From IMG/VR virus record IMGVR_UViG_3300044680_000280, positions 124,001 through 188,000 of that record: DNA of 64,000 bases; one strand, 5' to 3'. Shown here piece by piece: positions 44,188-54,577 of this stretch. Under the pieces are notes generated by a model. That model had not been told where the DNA came from, did no database searches, and was given only the letters and a program-made list of their open reading frames with translations. Position numbers and translations under genes: made by a program. Each line of letters begins with the position of its first letter. The first letter of the stretch is position 1.

Positions 44188-45681
44188 TCACGACCCCAAA
44201 TCAAAGAGTCGTCCCTTATCAGTAAAGGACACCTTCTCTTCGGACGTGAGGTCACGGCCCAAAACGTTTCGACAGGCTGTCAGGAATGCGTCCGTATCCT
44301 TATACGGGCGCATTCCGTTAACAGCGAGTACCGTCGAATAGACTCGTGACTCACCGGCCTTGAAGGACCTTTTCGTCATGAGATCGATTTGACGGGAGAC
44401 TGCAAGTAACTCACGACCACTGAACGAGCCCGTCTTTACGAGGGAAGCCCATCCACCGTTCTTGTGCAAAATCAAGCCCCAAAGGACCTTTTTCGCAATA
44501 GAAACGTCGCGTGTTGAAGCTAGGACACTCTTCGCAATAGCGCGCCATTGAGAACTCTGGAGGGAGGACTTGATGATCGACTCGTTCTCTCGATTCTCAT
44601 CGAGTCCGAGATTGGACACTTCGTCCTTAGAGATCTCGTCACGCACCTTCTTAACGACGTGGTCACGAATCGTGTTCGCCAGATCGTCGACCGCCTTCGA
44701 AAGCGGACTGGCCTCGGGCTTCTTGTCCTCTTCCTTGGGGGTTGATTCTTGGGGGTCCGTGCCAAAGTCCTCCGAGAGAACCCTACGAACATGTTCCGGG
44801 ACGATCAATCGAGCCGCCTTCGACATAATGCCGTTGTCGTTCGCGCGAATGGGTTGTGAGAACGCAAAGGACATTTTGCCCTGCAAGTTCTCAATGTCCC
44901 CTGCCGTTAGGATGCTTCGAAGTACTGCCCCGGTGAATGCGGGATTCGCAACCCAAGAAGCCTCGATGAATCGAACCGAACCCGGTTCCTCCGTCACGTG
45001 ACCGCAGAGCTCAGCGATCTTACGCTTCTTACCGAAGCTATCGTAGAAATCGGAGCCCTTGAAGTACTTGACGTGAGGGCAAAGTTGAGTCTCATCGTAC
45101 GCGACATTGCCGCATTTCGTGCAGAGCGTGAACTGAACCTGGCAACCCATGGATAGGGTCTTCAAAGTTCCGTCAGAGATGGCTTTGACGAGAGGCTTGT
45201 GTTTGCGATCCGTTGCTACGAGGATGTCTACGTAAATGGAGTCGCCGATGTCACGAGCCGCACTGTCAATGATTTTGCCCTTAGAGAGCTCCGGGATCTG
45301 AATGTGCTCAACGTAGTTTTCTCCGCCCGTGAAGGTGCGGAACGATGCCATGAGGAGCTTGCGTTCCCAGCAATCGTTGTTGTTGTTGATGTACTTGAGC
45401 GTGCCCGGCGTGACGTGCCAGTCGGCGTATTTTCGATCGATCTGAAAGTTCTCAACAACCATCTTGCCGAGGGGCTGGTCGACTTGCTCCGTGTCAACTG
45501 AAGCAATGATGGTGCAGTGCGATAGTAAGTATTGCTTCGGGTCGTACTTGTCTAGAACGACCTTCGACGCATTGCGTACGTTAAAGGTGGTTTCGGTAGC
45601 TCGCGAACGGATCTCATCCCAACCAGCGAAGGTAATCGCTGGTTTGACGAGAGCTGCATTGGCGAACTTATTAAAAGCCAC
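44188..45681 (-). CDS. Prohead (capsid maturation) protease with zinc-finger insertion
   Basis: NYVEH (His), LSMGC (Ser nucleophile), CTKCG...CPH Zn motif, EASWVANPAF; position before the scaffold. Confidence 0.78.
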   Translation of the reverse strand: MAFNKFANAALVKPAITFAGWDEIRSRATETTFNVRNASKVVLDKYDPKQYLLSHCTIIASVDTEQVDQPLGKMVVENFQIDRKYADWHVTPGTLKYINNNNDCWERKLLMASFRTFTGGENYVEHIQIPELSKGKIIDSAARDIGDSIYVDILVATDRKHKPLVKAISDGTLKTLSMGCQVQFTLCTKCGNVAYDETQLCPHVKYFKGSDFYDSFGKKRKIAELCGHVTEEPGSVRFIEASWVANPAFTGAVLRSILTAGDIENLQGKMSFAFSQPIRANDNGIMSKAARLIVPEHVRRVLSEDFGTDPQESTPKEEDKKPEASPLSKAVDDLANTIRDHVVKKVRDEISKDEVSNLGLDENRENESIIKSSLQSSQWRAIAKSVLASTRDVSIAKKVLWGLILHKNGGWASLVKTGSFSGRELLAVSRQIDLMTKRSFKAGESRVYSTVLAVNGMRPYKDTDAFLTACRNVLGRDLTSEEKVSFTDKGRLFDLGS

Positions 45682-45684
45682 GTG

Positions 45685-46008
45685 TTACCTCAGAGTGTTC
45701 TGCCCGGAAAGGCGCTTCTGCATCTGTTCAACAATTACAGCGCATGTTTCGGAGAGCTCCTGAATGGCTGGAACAACCATAGTCAGAACTAAAGTAGGAT
45801 CTTCCGTCCTGCCGACCCCCATGCGCTGCATACCCTTTGAGCGCTTTTCCGCTTCGGCAATCGACTTGAGAACGTCCTCGTAGCCGGCTTTGATGGCTTT
45901 AATCGCGTCGTGCTCTTCTTTTTTGGCAAGAATCTCCGCGGCCAGCTCCCACTGTTCTTCACTGGAAGACTGCTTCATTGCCATACGAATCGCAGTTCGT
46001 TCGTCCAT
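45685..46008 (-). CDS. Helical hypothetical protein
   Basis: ATG at 46008 just after the upstream stop (track uses GTG 46017). Confidence 0.6.
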   Translation of the reverse strand: MDERTAIRMAMKQSSSEEQWELAAEILAKKEEHDAIKAIKAGYEDVLKSIAEAEKRSKGMQRMGVGRTEDPTLVLTMVVPAIQELSETCAVIVEQMQKRLSGQNTLR

Positions 46009-46010
46009 GT

Positions 46011-46742
46011 TTACCACTCCACCGGTTCACCCTCGGGGCCGAGGAGATCAGATTGTCGAAGAAGAAAGAGATCCTTAGGACACGCGAACAGTCGAACGCG
46101 GGCTCCCTTGTCCATCTTATACGTTGTTTTTCGCATACCCGTGCCACACTTGGGACAAGCAGGCTTTCGTGTACCTATGTCTCCGGAAGTTGCACGGTAC
46201 TGCCTATTGGCGGCAGCCCAATATGCCGCCGTCTTGGCAGCATGTTGCTGGATACGAAGCTCTACGAAATTCGAGGCGACTCGATAGAACTTCTGAATCT
46301 CCGAACGCATCGTAGTATCGTTACCACCCACGGTGGCATATCGCCTCCAAAGAGCGTCGTATGCCGCAACCTCATTCGCGCCCTTTGACCAAACCTGCGC
46401 CAAGTCTCGATGAAATCCGGCGGGGAGACCCGTGGTCTCCCACAGCTTGCTCGAGGATGCCCAAACCTCTCGAGCTTTTTCAGTATCGAGACCTACGTAG
46501 GTCTGGTCAATAAGGGACGGAGGAAGCCAGTTTGACACACTCGGCTGAACCACAACAACGTCGTCTGGAAAGATGCGATCAACCCCGTAAGGAAACTGGA
46601 CATCCAGAACCCCGAGTCCTCGATGCACAGCCGTGACTCGACCCACGAACGGAGAAAGGGCGAGCCCTCCCGTTCCTGGGGCGAATCGTTGGACGACATC
46701 CCCGACCTTGAATTCACGGACCAGCTTCCAATAGTCAATCAT
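46011..46742 (-). CDS. Hypothetical protein with SH3-like N-terminus and C-terminal Zn-ribbon-like motif
   Basis: FKVGDVV...VGRVTAV; CPKCG...ACPKD. Confidence 0.6.
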   Translation of the reverse strand: MIDYWKLVREFKVGDVVQRFAPGTGGLALSPFVGRVTAVHRGLGVLDVQFPYGVDRIFPDDVVVVQPSVSNWLPPSLIDQTYVGLDTEKAREVWASSSKLWETTGLPAGFHRDLAQVWSKGANEVAAYDALWRRYATVGGNDTTMRSEIQKFYRVASNFVELRIQQHAAKTAAYWAAANRQYRATSGDIGTRKPACPKCGTGMRKTTYKMDKGARVRLFACPKDLFLLRQSDLLGPEGEPVEW

Positions 46743-46785
46743 GTTTTACCTCTCAGTTGGTGGCTCCCGAAACGGGAGGAGAGGC

Positions 46786-47187
46786 TCAGGTACCGCTGTT
46801 GAACGGACCGTGACCCGGAGCGAGCTTGCGACCCGTAGAGTCCATGCCGTGCTGCACGACCGAAGACTGATCCGGGCTTCCGTACGCCTTCATGTAGGGC
46901 TCGTCACCTTCCGTCTGGATTGGCTCCATCGGATTCGCGAACGTCCCCATGTAGGACTCGTCTCCGTCACGCTTCAGGACTTCTGCTTGGCGCGTACGGA
47001 ACGACTCGATGCCGAACGTCGCGACTTCGATGAGGTCGGCGGTCTTGTCGAGGTTGTTGACCACGTCTTTTGCCGCTTCGAAGGGCATACCCCACGACTT
47101 GTGGTTGGCTTGAATGTGGCGGGCGAGACCGTCCAGACGAGTAAGGATCGTCTCGGCGTCTTTGGCTGCAAACTTGGGCATCGTCAT
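46786..47187 (-). CDS. Hypothetical protein (133 aa)
   Basis: ATG, GGAG upstream, high-GC3 codons. Confidence 0.65.
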   Translation of the reverse strand: MTMPKFAAKDAETILTRLDGLARHIQANHKSWGMPFEAAKDVVNNLDKTADLIEVATFGIESFRTRQAEVLKRDGDESYMGTFANPMEPIQTEGDEPYMKAYGSPDQSSVVQHGMDSTGRKLAPGHGPFNSGT

Positions 47188-47236
47188 GACTGGATTCTCC
47201 GGTTATTGGGCTTTTGGAAAAGTTGGTGGGTTCGAC

Positions 47237-50200
47237 TCAGCCGAGCTTCTTGATCGTCTCGAGAAGAGGCTGGTAGGCCGCTCGGAGCTGGGGATTTGCA
47301 TGTGCAAGTCGAATGACGGCGGAACGAAGACCGTGGTAGGCAGCGTCCTTCTGCTGGCTCTGACCGTCTTCCTTCTTCTCTTCCTTGCCGTCTTCCTTCT
47401 TCTTCATGTGCTCGAGAAACTGGGGAGGAACCTGTCCGCCCTGCTTCTGGTCTTGCTGAGCCGGTTCCTGGCCTTCTTCCTGAGCAATCTTGTCAGAGAG
47501 CTCAACGAGGTCGTACGCAAGAGCGGGATTCGAGGCGTACTTCACGGCGAGCTGTCGAATGCGAGCGGCGGTCTTCATGGGCTTTTCCTCTCCTGACGGA
47601 GGAGCATAAGGGGATTTGGAACTTGATTTCACTTTGTGGATTCGATGTGTGTACTCGAGACTGCCCGAAGCGCCGGGCGGGGTTGACTTGATCCGATGCT
47701 CAAGCTCATGAGGGCCCATGCCCTCTTCATTGAGCTTTTTTGCATCTTTGGGGTCGTACCCATTCTCTTTGAGAATTTTCTCGAGTTCGGAAAGCTCGTT
47801 AGGATGAGCTGAAGCAATAGCGACCGTAATCGGTCCTTTGATGTTGCTTCGATCCGTCAGCAGAGTGTCCGTCTGCGAGTGGCCGCCCAACTTTGCGAGG
47901 AGCATATTGTAAAGCGGGGGTTGCAACCCGACGGAATACTTGCCATTTTCGCAAGAGCGAAGGGCTAAATCGAGAGCTGCCCTGAGCTGGGTGTCTCGAT
48001 AAATGCCATCGATCGCGGAGGACAGAACAGGAGCCTTCAACCATTCTCGAGCGGACTTCAGAATCGTGTCAAAGTCCTTGTCTCCGAGGTCTCGCTGATG
48101 CACTTGCCCCCAACCCACATATGGAGCGAAGCCCTCATGTCCTTTGGGGTACGGCTCGACACCCCAATAGACGGCCTGCTTCGCCCTCTCGGCAACTCGA
48201 GATACGGAATCACCCATCGTTCTGATGGGCTTACAAATAGAATGTTTGCGTGAACGATCAACGACGGACCAAAGAAGATGGGCGGTCTTGTCTGTGTTGG
48301 CTACTCCCATCTGACGACGGTAGCGGTCAAATAGCTCATTCTTGTTCTTCTTGAGGTCTTCCTTGCTACCACGCGATTGCAGATAGCCTTCCGGTCGACG
48401 CGGGGGCTCAGGAAAAGAGGACTCTCCTTTTTCTCGATAGGGGTCCTTCTTCTGTTTCTTAGCCTGTTCCTTCTCGTACTTCTTATGCTGAAATTCCCAG
48501 CGTTTCAAACTATCCTCGTAGTCGTCATACTCCTGCTCCTGAACGAGCTTTTTGACGAATGGGAACTTCTCGGGAGCGAGGGTTCGAATCTTCTCAACCA
48601 CTCGTTCCCGAAGGCTCTCCTTAGCTGGAACGAGATCTCGCATATTTTCAGGATATTCCTTGGCCCGTTCGTCGAAGAATTCTCCCATGCGACGAACCTT
48701 GTTGGCAATGTCGCGCGGAGTCTGGTGTTCCGAGATGGCATCGGGTGAGTCGGGGTCCAGAAAATCGTGTCGAGCACTGAGATAATCCGCCGCCTGAGAC
48801 CACCCGACGGCTATTTGTTGGGCGGCCGGGTCCCCGTCAAAGTGCTTCAGTAGTTTACCAATCTGCTTCACCGTGCCCAAAGAGGGGGGCGGGGGCAGAT
48901 CCTCATCGAGCTCCGGATCGTATTCTTCCCCCTCTTGCTTAGCCCTCTCCTCGTGCTTTTCGATCAGCTTGTCTCGCTTGGCCTGCCAGCGAGCATAACG
49001 ATCGGTATCTTCGCCCATGATGCCACGCTTAACTGCATCGGCGAAAATGTGCTTGGCGCTTTCCTTGGCTCTAGCTAGGTGGTCCTCTTCCGTCTCTCCA
49101 GGCCTACGACCGAGGGTTGTGTCCGCAATGGCGCCCAGGAGTTCTCTTGGGGCTCCCGTCTTTTTCTCAAGCCGGTCAACTTCCTGCTCCCTTGCCGCAA
49201 GGGACATCGCAACAACGAACATCTGATGTTTCTGGAGAGCGGCGGCCTGCTCTTTGGGGTGAAGTTTCGCGAACGGAACCTCTTGTCCCGTACTATCCAC
49301 GCCAACACTTGGAGGACGAACTTTCGATGGATCGGTCTCGTAACCGGTCTCCTTTACGAGGTCAGTGAGCTCACCGTCCTTAGCGTGAAGCTTTGCTGTA
49401 TTGTAATTTTCGACCAGATCCCTCACGTCATCGGGGTGCAGGTCCATGTCGCGAAATTTTGCGGCCACCTCAACAGGAAAGTTCTCAATGAGTTGCCTGG
49501 TTGCCTTATCTTTTTCCGCCTCTGTCACCTTTCGACGTGGAATCTTCGGCGCAGGTTTGTGGATCTCGTGAGCCGCATCAATGAGGTCTCCGACCGTTCT
49601 AACCCCCTTAGGAAGGTCGAGATTTTTCAACTCGGGAATCGACTTTTTGAGGTCGACGTACCTAGCGTGTTCTCCGAGTTTCTTCTCAAGGGACTCAGAT
49701 AGCTCGCTATCGGGATTCGAAAGGTCTTTCAGAAGATTCGAGAAGTGGGGATCCTTCTCGGCCATCTCCTTGAGGGGTTGGAGATTCGCCTGTAGGTTCT
49801 GCTCTTCTTCAAAGCGCTCCTTCCAGGAATACTTCTCCTCATCGGAAAGCCGATCGAACGGCACATGCTTTCGACGCTTCTCGTCGAAAAATAAGGGGTT
49901 CCCGTCATCGTCCTCCGAGGTACTGTACTCTTTGGACGCCCACTCTTTGAATTCAGGGGTTTCGTGAATCTTAGACTTTAGGAATTCGTCAACCTCGGCC
50001 TTATCGTCTGGATGCATCTCCTCTCGAGGGGATACTCCGAGGGCCTTCTGGACAGTCTCGACCAGCTTGTTGACAGCATCTTCCGACCTATCCTCATCCC
50101 TGGGTTTTGGCTCTTTTTTCTCGGGTTCGGGCTTGGTCGCCTGAAGGGCGTCAACGAGATCCCCGACACTCTTTACCCCTGACGGAAGACCAGAAACGCT

Positions 50201-51118
50201 TTTCGATATGTCCTCAGCGGGATTGATCGTATTTCGGAGCTGATAAAGGGAGTTCGGGTCCTGACCGTCGATTTGATGAACAACAGTCTTGAGGGCTGGA
50301 TCCTTCTCGGCCAACTCGCGAATCTGCTGACCCGCATCGGAAACCGCCTTCTGTTTCTCAGGACTGACTTGCGACTCAGGCGCCTTAGGCCCTTCCTGCT
50401 TTTTCTCGGCCGGTGCAACCTTCTGAGAGGGCTTGCCGTGGGGGGCACTTTTCGCCCCGTGAATTGCCTTACGAACGTCACCAATGGTCTTGAATTTGAA
50501 CTTCTCGAGAACAGGGAACTTCTTTAGAAGTCCAGCTTTTTCCAGGGGGAAATCGTTCGGAAACCCACCCAACGACTTAGGATCTTTGGAGAAGAGGCTC
50601 TTGGCAAAGGACTCCAGGTAGGGGTCCTCCTTCATCTCATCGCCGAAATCGGCGTAGAGTTGCTTGTTATCCTCGTGAGGTGGGGCACTCTCGGGCTTGG
50701 GCTCTTCTGGTGAGTGAGGCTTGGGCACCTCTGGCGCCGAGCCAGAGTCCGACTTCTCCTCCCCTTCGGGTTCTACCTTCTCGTACTCGGATCCCTTCTC
50801 TTTTAGGGTATCCTTGTTGACGTAGCCCACCCACCCAGTATCCTTGTGCCGAACTTTGACCTTGTTGGTGATGTCCAACTCATCCGCCTGACGTTGTAAC
50901 CACCGGTTCACAACCCGTCCGCCAACAGATCCTCCGATGTCCTTCCGGTTCATCGAGAGGTCCTTGTCGGGCTTCGAATCGGGGTCCTTGTCGGGCTCGA
51001 TGAGCTCTCGGCGCTTGTCATGCCGAGGCGGCTTGACCTTAGGAGCAGGACGTACAAGGCGCTCGGCCTCATCGTTCTCCCGCTCAAAGTGGTCCTTGGT
51101 GGCGCGACGATCACCCAT
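47237..51118 (-). CDS. Large charged protein (1293 aa), candidate internal head/ejection protein
   Basis: E/K/D/P-rich; immediately downstream of the portal; multiple K/R-x-A motifs. Confidence 0.65.
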   Translation of the reverse strand: MGDRRATKDHFERENDEAERLVRPAPKVKPPRHDKRRELIEPDKDPDSKPDKDLSMNRKDIGGSVGGRVVNRWLQRQADELDITNKVKVRHKDTGWVGYVNKDTLKEKGSEYEKVEPEGEEKSDSGSAPEVPKPHSPEEPKPESAPPHEDNKQLYADFGDEMKEDPYLESFAKSLFSKDPKSLGGFPNDFPLEKAGLLKKFPVLEKFKFKTIGDVRKAIHGAKSAPHGKPSQKVAPAEKKQEGPKAPESQVSPEKQKAVSDAGQQIRELAEKDPALKTVVHQIDGQDPNSLYQLRNTINPAEDISKSVSGLPSGVKSVGDLVDALQATKPEPEKKEPKPRDEDRSEDAVNKLVETVQKALGVSPREEMHPDDKAEVDEFLKSKIHETPEFKEWASKEYSTSEDDDGNPLFFDEKRRKHVPFDRLSDEEKYSWKERFEEEQNLQANLQPLKEMAEKDPHFSNLLKDLSNPDSELSESLEKKLGEHARYVDLKKSIPELKNLDLPKGVRTVGDLIDAAHEIHKPAPKIPRRKVTEAEKDKATRQLIENFPVEVAAKFRDMDLHPDDVRDLVENYNTAKLHAKDGELTDLVKETGYETDPSKVRPPSVGVDSTGQEVPFAKLHPKEQAAALQKHQMFVVAMSLAAREQEVDRLEKKTGAPRELLGAIADTTLGRRPGETEEDHLARAKESAKHIFADAVKRGIMGEDTDRYARWQAKRDKLIEKHEERAKQEGEEYDPELDEDLPPPPSLGTVKQIGKLLKHFDGDPAAQQIAVGWSQAADYLSARHDFLDPDSPDAISEHQTPRDIANKVRRMGEFFDERAKEYPENMRDLVPAKESLRERVVEKIRTLAPEKFPFVKKLVQEQEYDDYEDSLKRWEFQHKKYEKEQAKKQKKDPYREKGESSFPEPPRRPEGYLQSRGSKEDLKKNKNELFDRYRRQMGVANTDKTAHLLWSVVDRSRKHSICKPIRTMGDSVSRVAERAKQAVYWGVEPYPKGHEGFAPYVGWGQVHQRDLGDKDFDTILKSAREWLKAPVLSSAIDGIYRDTQLRAALDLALRSCENGKYSVGLQPPLYNMLLAKLGGHSQTDTLLTDRSNIKGPITVAIASAHPNELSELEKILKENGYDPKDAKKLNEEGMGPHELEHRIKSTPPGASGSLEYTHRIHKVKSSSKSPYAPPSGEEKPMKTAARIRQLAVKYASNPALAYDLVELSDKIAQEEGQEPAQQDQKQGGQVPPQFLEHMKKKEDGKEEKKEDGQSQQKDAAYHGLRSAVIRLAHANPQLRAAYQPLLETIKKLG

Positions 51119-51154
51119 CGTAATCAGAGAGGCATAGCTAGAAAACCATTCGGA

Positions 51155-52987
51155 TTATCCGAATCGGTTGTCCGGCGGGGCCGCTTCCTCTTCCTTGATC
51201 TTGAGACCCAGGTACTCGGCAATCTTCTTGGTGACATCGCTCTTTTCAGCCAACGACTGACCAACCGCACTATACAGACCACGAGACATCTCGGTGAATA
51301 TCGCGTCATTGACCGTGAACATGTCATTCTTGATCTTCCGAGCCGTGTCGTCCGGATCGATATTGAACATCTCGAGAATGAGGTCGATCGAGATCGAACC
51401 CTTCTGGTAGAGGTTGAAGAGAGCGTCGTAGGTGTCCTGCGAGTCGCGGAGCGGCAAACGAGTGAAGGAAAGACGGGGGTACAGGATGACTTCTTCGCCC
51501 CACTTATCCTTCTCAACGAATCCCTTGCGACGGGCAACGGGTTTGAACAAGTACTCTTCGACGTATTCTTGGATCATCTCTCGAAGGAATAGGTATCGCT
51601 GATTGATGACCTCGAGCTTCAAGCGGTCGCCAGAGTACAGGGTCTCACCAGAAAGCAAGGATTCCGTAACGCCTAGACCCGTGCGTAGACGACGTTCTGT
51701 TTGCTCGTATTCAGCCGAAAGGTCGAGAAGACGGTCTTTAGACCCCATTTCCTCCCAGTGAACCTCATAGTTGGCAATGATAGAGTAGTCAGGATCGACA
51801 AGGGACAAGTCGACCTGCTCTCGGAGGTCATCAGCATCGGCGTCAGAGATGTCCTCCGCCCAAACGATGCGCTTAGGAGTCATCGCACGGTCGGCAATCT
51901 GAGTTTGAGCCTGACGAAGTTTTTCACGATAATACAGAGTTCGAAGACACCGATCCAGAATACTCTGCCCCAGCTCCTCGCCCGCCTGCTTGCGGCTCGA
52001 GAGCATGTACACGAAGCTTCCTTCGTCGGGATCCGTGCCAAGAGGAATGAGGCGCCCCTGCCCGATGTACTCACGTACTTCCTCGGGCATCTCTTGGACC
52101 ATCTCCTCAGCGACGGGATCTCCTAGTTTGGCTTCCTCCAACAAGGCACGATCTCGCTCTGACGGAATGAGCTCAACACGAACCTTATCCGAAAAGGAGA
52201 ACGTTTTGACTTCGACCTGATCGATCGGAAAGATGATGAGACGATCCCACCCTTGGTAGTGCTTCTGGTAGTAGGAGAGTTCCTCTTCCTCTCGGTTGTC
52301 TTTTTCGATGTATCCTTTTTCGAGAACTTCTTTCGCCTCGCCGTCCTCCATAAGAACGTTCTTCGGAACCGTCTGTTCGCGATAACCAACGTCGGGCGGA
52401 ACTTGAACGTCGGAATCTTCAGCAAAAATAGGGCAAGTACCGTCCAACCATAGGTGGTGAACTGCCATAATGAGCTTCTGAAAGAGTTTGACCTTCTTCG
52501 TCATTCTCTCAAAGAAGCTGAGAATGTACTTGCCATAGTCCTCAGCACTTTCGAATCCCTTCGGAAACGTACGAGGTTTGGGTGCTGCAAGGCGTACCTT
52601 CGAGAGCGGGAGTTCTGTATGAAGGTCGATCGCTTGCGCTACGATCTCATCCGTATTGTAGAAGTGTCGGTAGATCTCCCGCTTTTCCCGAATCGATTGC
52701 GGAAGCTGAAGAAAGTCTGTCGATAGTTGCGGAGAAAAGAACGAGCTGGAGCCCGACTGTACCGTGTTGGCGCCCATCACGGGATCGATGGCAAAGGCGG
52801 AGGACTTGTTACGATAACTCCCCATCTGGCGAGCTTGCTCCCTCGCCATCCGCTCCTTGGCGGTCAACGGTTGCATCTTGTTCCCGTACGGCTGCGAGAC
52901 ATACGGACGGTTTCTGGCTGGCGCCGAGGGCACCACCAGTCCACCACGTACATTCGTGACGTTCGTGAACTTACTACCTAGGGGCAT
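51155..52987 (-). CDS. Portal protein (610 aa)
   Basis: Position downstream of TerL; portal-like helices (IVAQAIDLH, SILDRCLRTL, TGLGVTESLLSGE, LSFTRLPLRD). Confidence 0.85.
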   Translation of the reverse strand: MPLGSKFTNVTNVRGGLVVPSAPARNRPYVSQPYGNKMQPLTAKERMAREQARQMGSYRNKSSAFAIDPVMGANTVQSGSSSFFSPQLSTDFLQLPQSIREKREIYRHFYNTDEIVAQAIDLHTELPLSKVRLAAPKPRTFPKGFESAEDYGKYILSFFERMTKKVKLFQKLIMAVHHLWLDGTCPIFAEDSDVQVPPDVGYREQTVPKNVLMEDGEAKEVLEKGYIEKDNREEEELSYYQKHYQGWDRLIIFPIDQVEVKTFSFSDKVRVELIPSERDRALLEEAKLGDPVAEEMVQEMPEEVREYIGQGRLIPLGTDPDEGSFVYMLSSRKQAGEELGQSILDRCLRTLYYREKLRQAQTQIADRAMTPKRIVWAEDISDADADDLREQVDLSLVDPDYSIIANYEVHWEEMGSKDRLLDLSAEYEQTERRLRTGLGVTESLLSGETLYSGDRLKLEVINQRYLFLREMIQEYVEEYLFKPVARRKGFVEKDKWGEEVILYPRLSFTRLPLRDSQDTYDALFNLYQKGSISIDLILEMFNIDPDDTARKIKNDMFTVNDAIFTEMSRGLYSAVGQSLAEKSDVTKKIAEYLGLKIKEEEAAPPDNRFG

Positions 52988-53507
52988 CGCGCACTATTCC
53001 CGCACCATACAAACTAATCAAATCATCAAGAGAATTACCCTCCAAAGTTCGGAGTGGGTTGTCGTTCCTCAGCGGATTAGGAGCAACCTCCTTAACTCGC
53101 CTCTTTTCTTCAGCTTGAGCTCTACGGCTCGCTTCCCTTCGTTCAAAAGCTTCCTGTTCATCTCGCTGAAGCCCTAGAGCCCGGTCGAGTGTGCGATCCG
53201 CGATGACCGTTCGCCTTAAACCCTGTTGGATGGCCCCCGCAAACCGCCCCCAAGCGCCCGCAAATGACACGTATGCGGTGGACGCCGTATCCGAAGACGC
53301 ATTGCGTCTAGCATGAGCGTAGAGTTGCTGAGAAAGAGCCACAATCCGCGTAGCAGCGAGATTGACAGTTTCTCGTAAACCCTTGATCTCTTCGACAATT
53401 TCCTCGGCTTTCATTGTCCGAGGTTCTCGCGTACCGGCCGTAACCCGAGAACGGTAGATGTCCTCGTTTTTACCACGTCTGATTTGATCTTCGATTTCAC
53501 TGGGCAT
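52974..53507 (-). CDS. Helical hypothetical protein (177 aa)
   Basis: Coiled-coil ORF overlapping the portal start by 14 nt. Confidence 0.6.
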   Translation of the reverse strand: MPSEIEDQIRRGKNEDIYRSRVTAGTREPRTMKAEEIVEEIKGLRETVNLAATRIVALSQQLYAHARRNASSDTASTAYVSFAGAWGRFAGAIQQGLRRTVIADRTLDRALGLQRDEQEAFERREASRRAQAEEKRRVKEVAPNPLRNDNPLRTLEGNSLDDLISLYGAGIVRDAPR

Positions 53508-53513
53508 GAGAAC

Positions 53514-54059
53514 TCACAGCTTCGTTTGGACACCGAGGTAATACTGGTTGACAGCTTTGGGCAACTGGGACACGACTCCACAGTAGAGGGCTGGAGCGAG
53601 AGGGCTGGCACTGAGGGTTAGCTCATCCTCATTAGTCCAATACCCCCGTAGAGACATGAAGAGTGGTTGATTTGGGGTGTAAACGATCGAAACGAAGGGT
53701 CCTCCCATCATTCGAGATGCGTAAGTGTATTGCTCGTAAGCTATGGTGGAGATGATGGCCCGACCAGCCATGAGAACCCCGTACCCGTAATACAGGGGTT
53801 GCTGGGTCATCGCAGTATATTGGTCAGCCGCCTCATCCGAACCCCAGAGCATGAACCCACCGAAAAGTCCCGAGGAGTACGTGAGGATTGGATTGTCAGG
53901 ATCCGTGTACGTATCCCACTGGGCGCCCTGCCCCCCAACCCAACCCCCGGATAGCATCTCCTGGGAGACTGACATCGAGTAGCCGTCGCCTTTGGAAAAG
54001 ACAACACAGTCTCGTCCACGGATCAGGTCTATACCCTGGAAGTCTATCTGAAAGCTCAT
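53514..54059 (-). CDS. Decoration-like protein, tandem paralog 3
   Basis: RGRDC...KG...GW.GGQG.QW...GF.LWGS.E..DQ...YASRM.GP...IVY...SLRG..TNEDE shared by all three. Confidence 0.65.
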   Translation of the reverse strand: MSFQIDFQGIDLIRGRDCVVFSKGDGYSMSVSQEMLSGGWVGGQGAQWDTYTDPDNPILTYSSGLFGGFMLWGSDEAADQYTAMTQQPLYYGYGVLMAGRAIISTIAYEQYTYASRMMGGPFVSIVYTPNQPLFMSLRGYWTNEDELTLSASPLAPALYCGVVSQLPKAVNQYYLGVQTKL

Positions 54060-54571
54060 ATCTGAACCTGCACTGTCAGGTAGTTGTTGGTCAAGACGGC
54101 GTCGGGTATTTGAGAAACAGCACCGGTCACGAAACCAAAACCGCTCTCATCCTCGTTGGTAAACAACCCCCTAAGGGAAAAGTAGAGTGGCTCTCCCGCT
54201 GTGTAGACGATAGGAACGAGCGGCCCAGCCATTCTAGAGGCAAGGGTATAAACCTCGAAGGTTCGCGTTGCGATAACCCACGGACCAAAACAGTAGGTTG
54301 CAAATCCGTAGGTGGGCTGGTTTTTCGTATACGAGATGAATTGGTCTGCACTTTCGTTCGAACCCCAGAGAAGAAACCCGCCGGGTAGCCCGTTCGAAAA
54401 GGTCACGATGAATGTGTCATCGTCGAAGGCCGCATCCGTCCATTGAACCCCCTGCCCACCTTGCCAACCCGTGGTCATAAGGTTCGTGTCAACCATAACG
54501 GTGAAGGACGGGCCCTTGGAGAAAACGGCAACGTCTCGATCACGGTAGTAGGGTTCAATGTTGACGGACAT
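54056..54571 (-). CDS. Decoration-like protein, tandem paralog 2
   Basis: Same motif set. Confidence 0.65.
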   Translation of the reverse strand: MSVNIEPYYRDRDVAVFSKGPSFTVMVDTNLMTTGWQGGQGVQWTDAAFDDDTFIVTFSNGLPGGFLLWGSNESADQFISYTKNQPTYGFATYCFGPWVIATRTFEVYTLASRMAGPLVPIVYTAGEPLYFSLRGLFTNEDESGFGFVTGAVSQIPDAVLTNNYLTVQVQI

Positions 54572-54577
54572 GGGTGC

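Noticed and set aside
41038-44225. Plus-strand ORFs of 316 aa and 494 aa; the latter is poly-Leu and looks like a membrane protein
   Set aside because: Reverse complements of the MCP and the Gln-codon repeats; no SD or independent motifs
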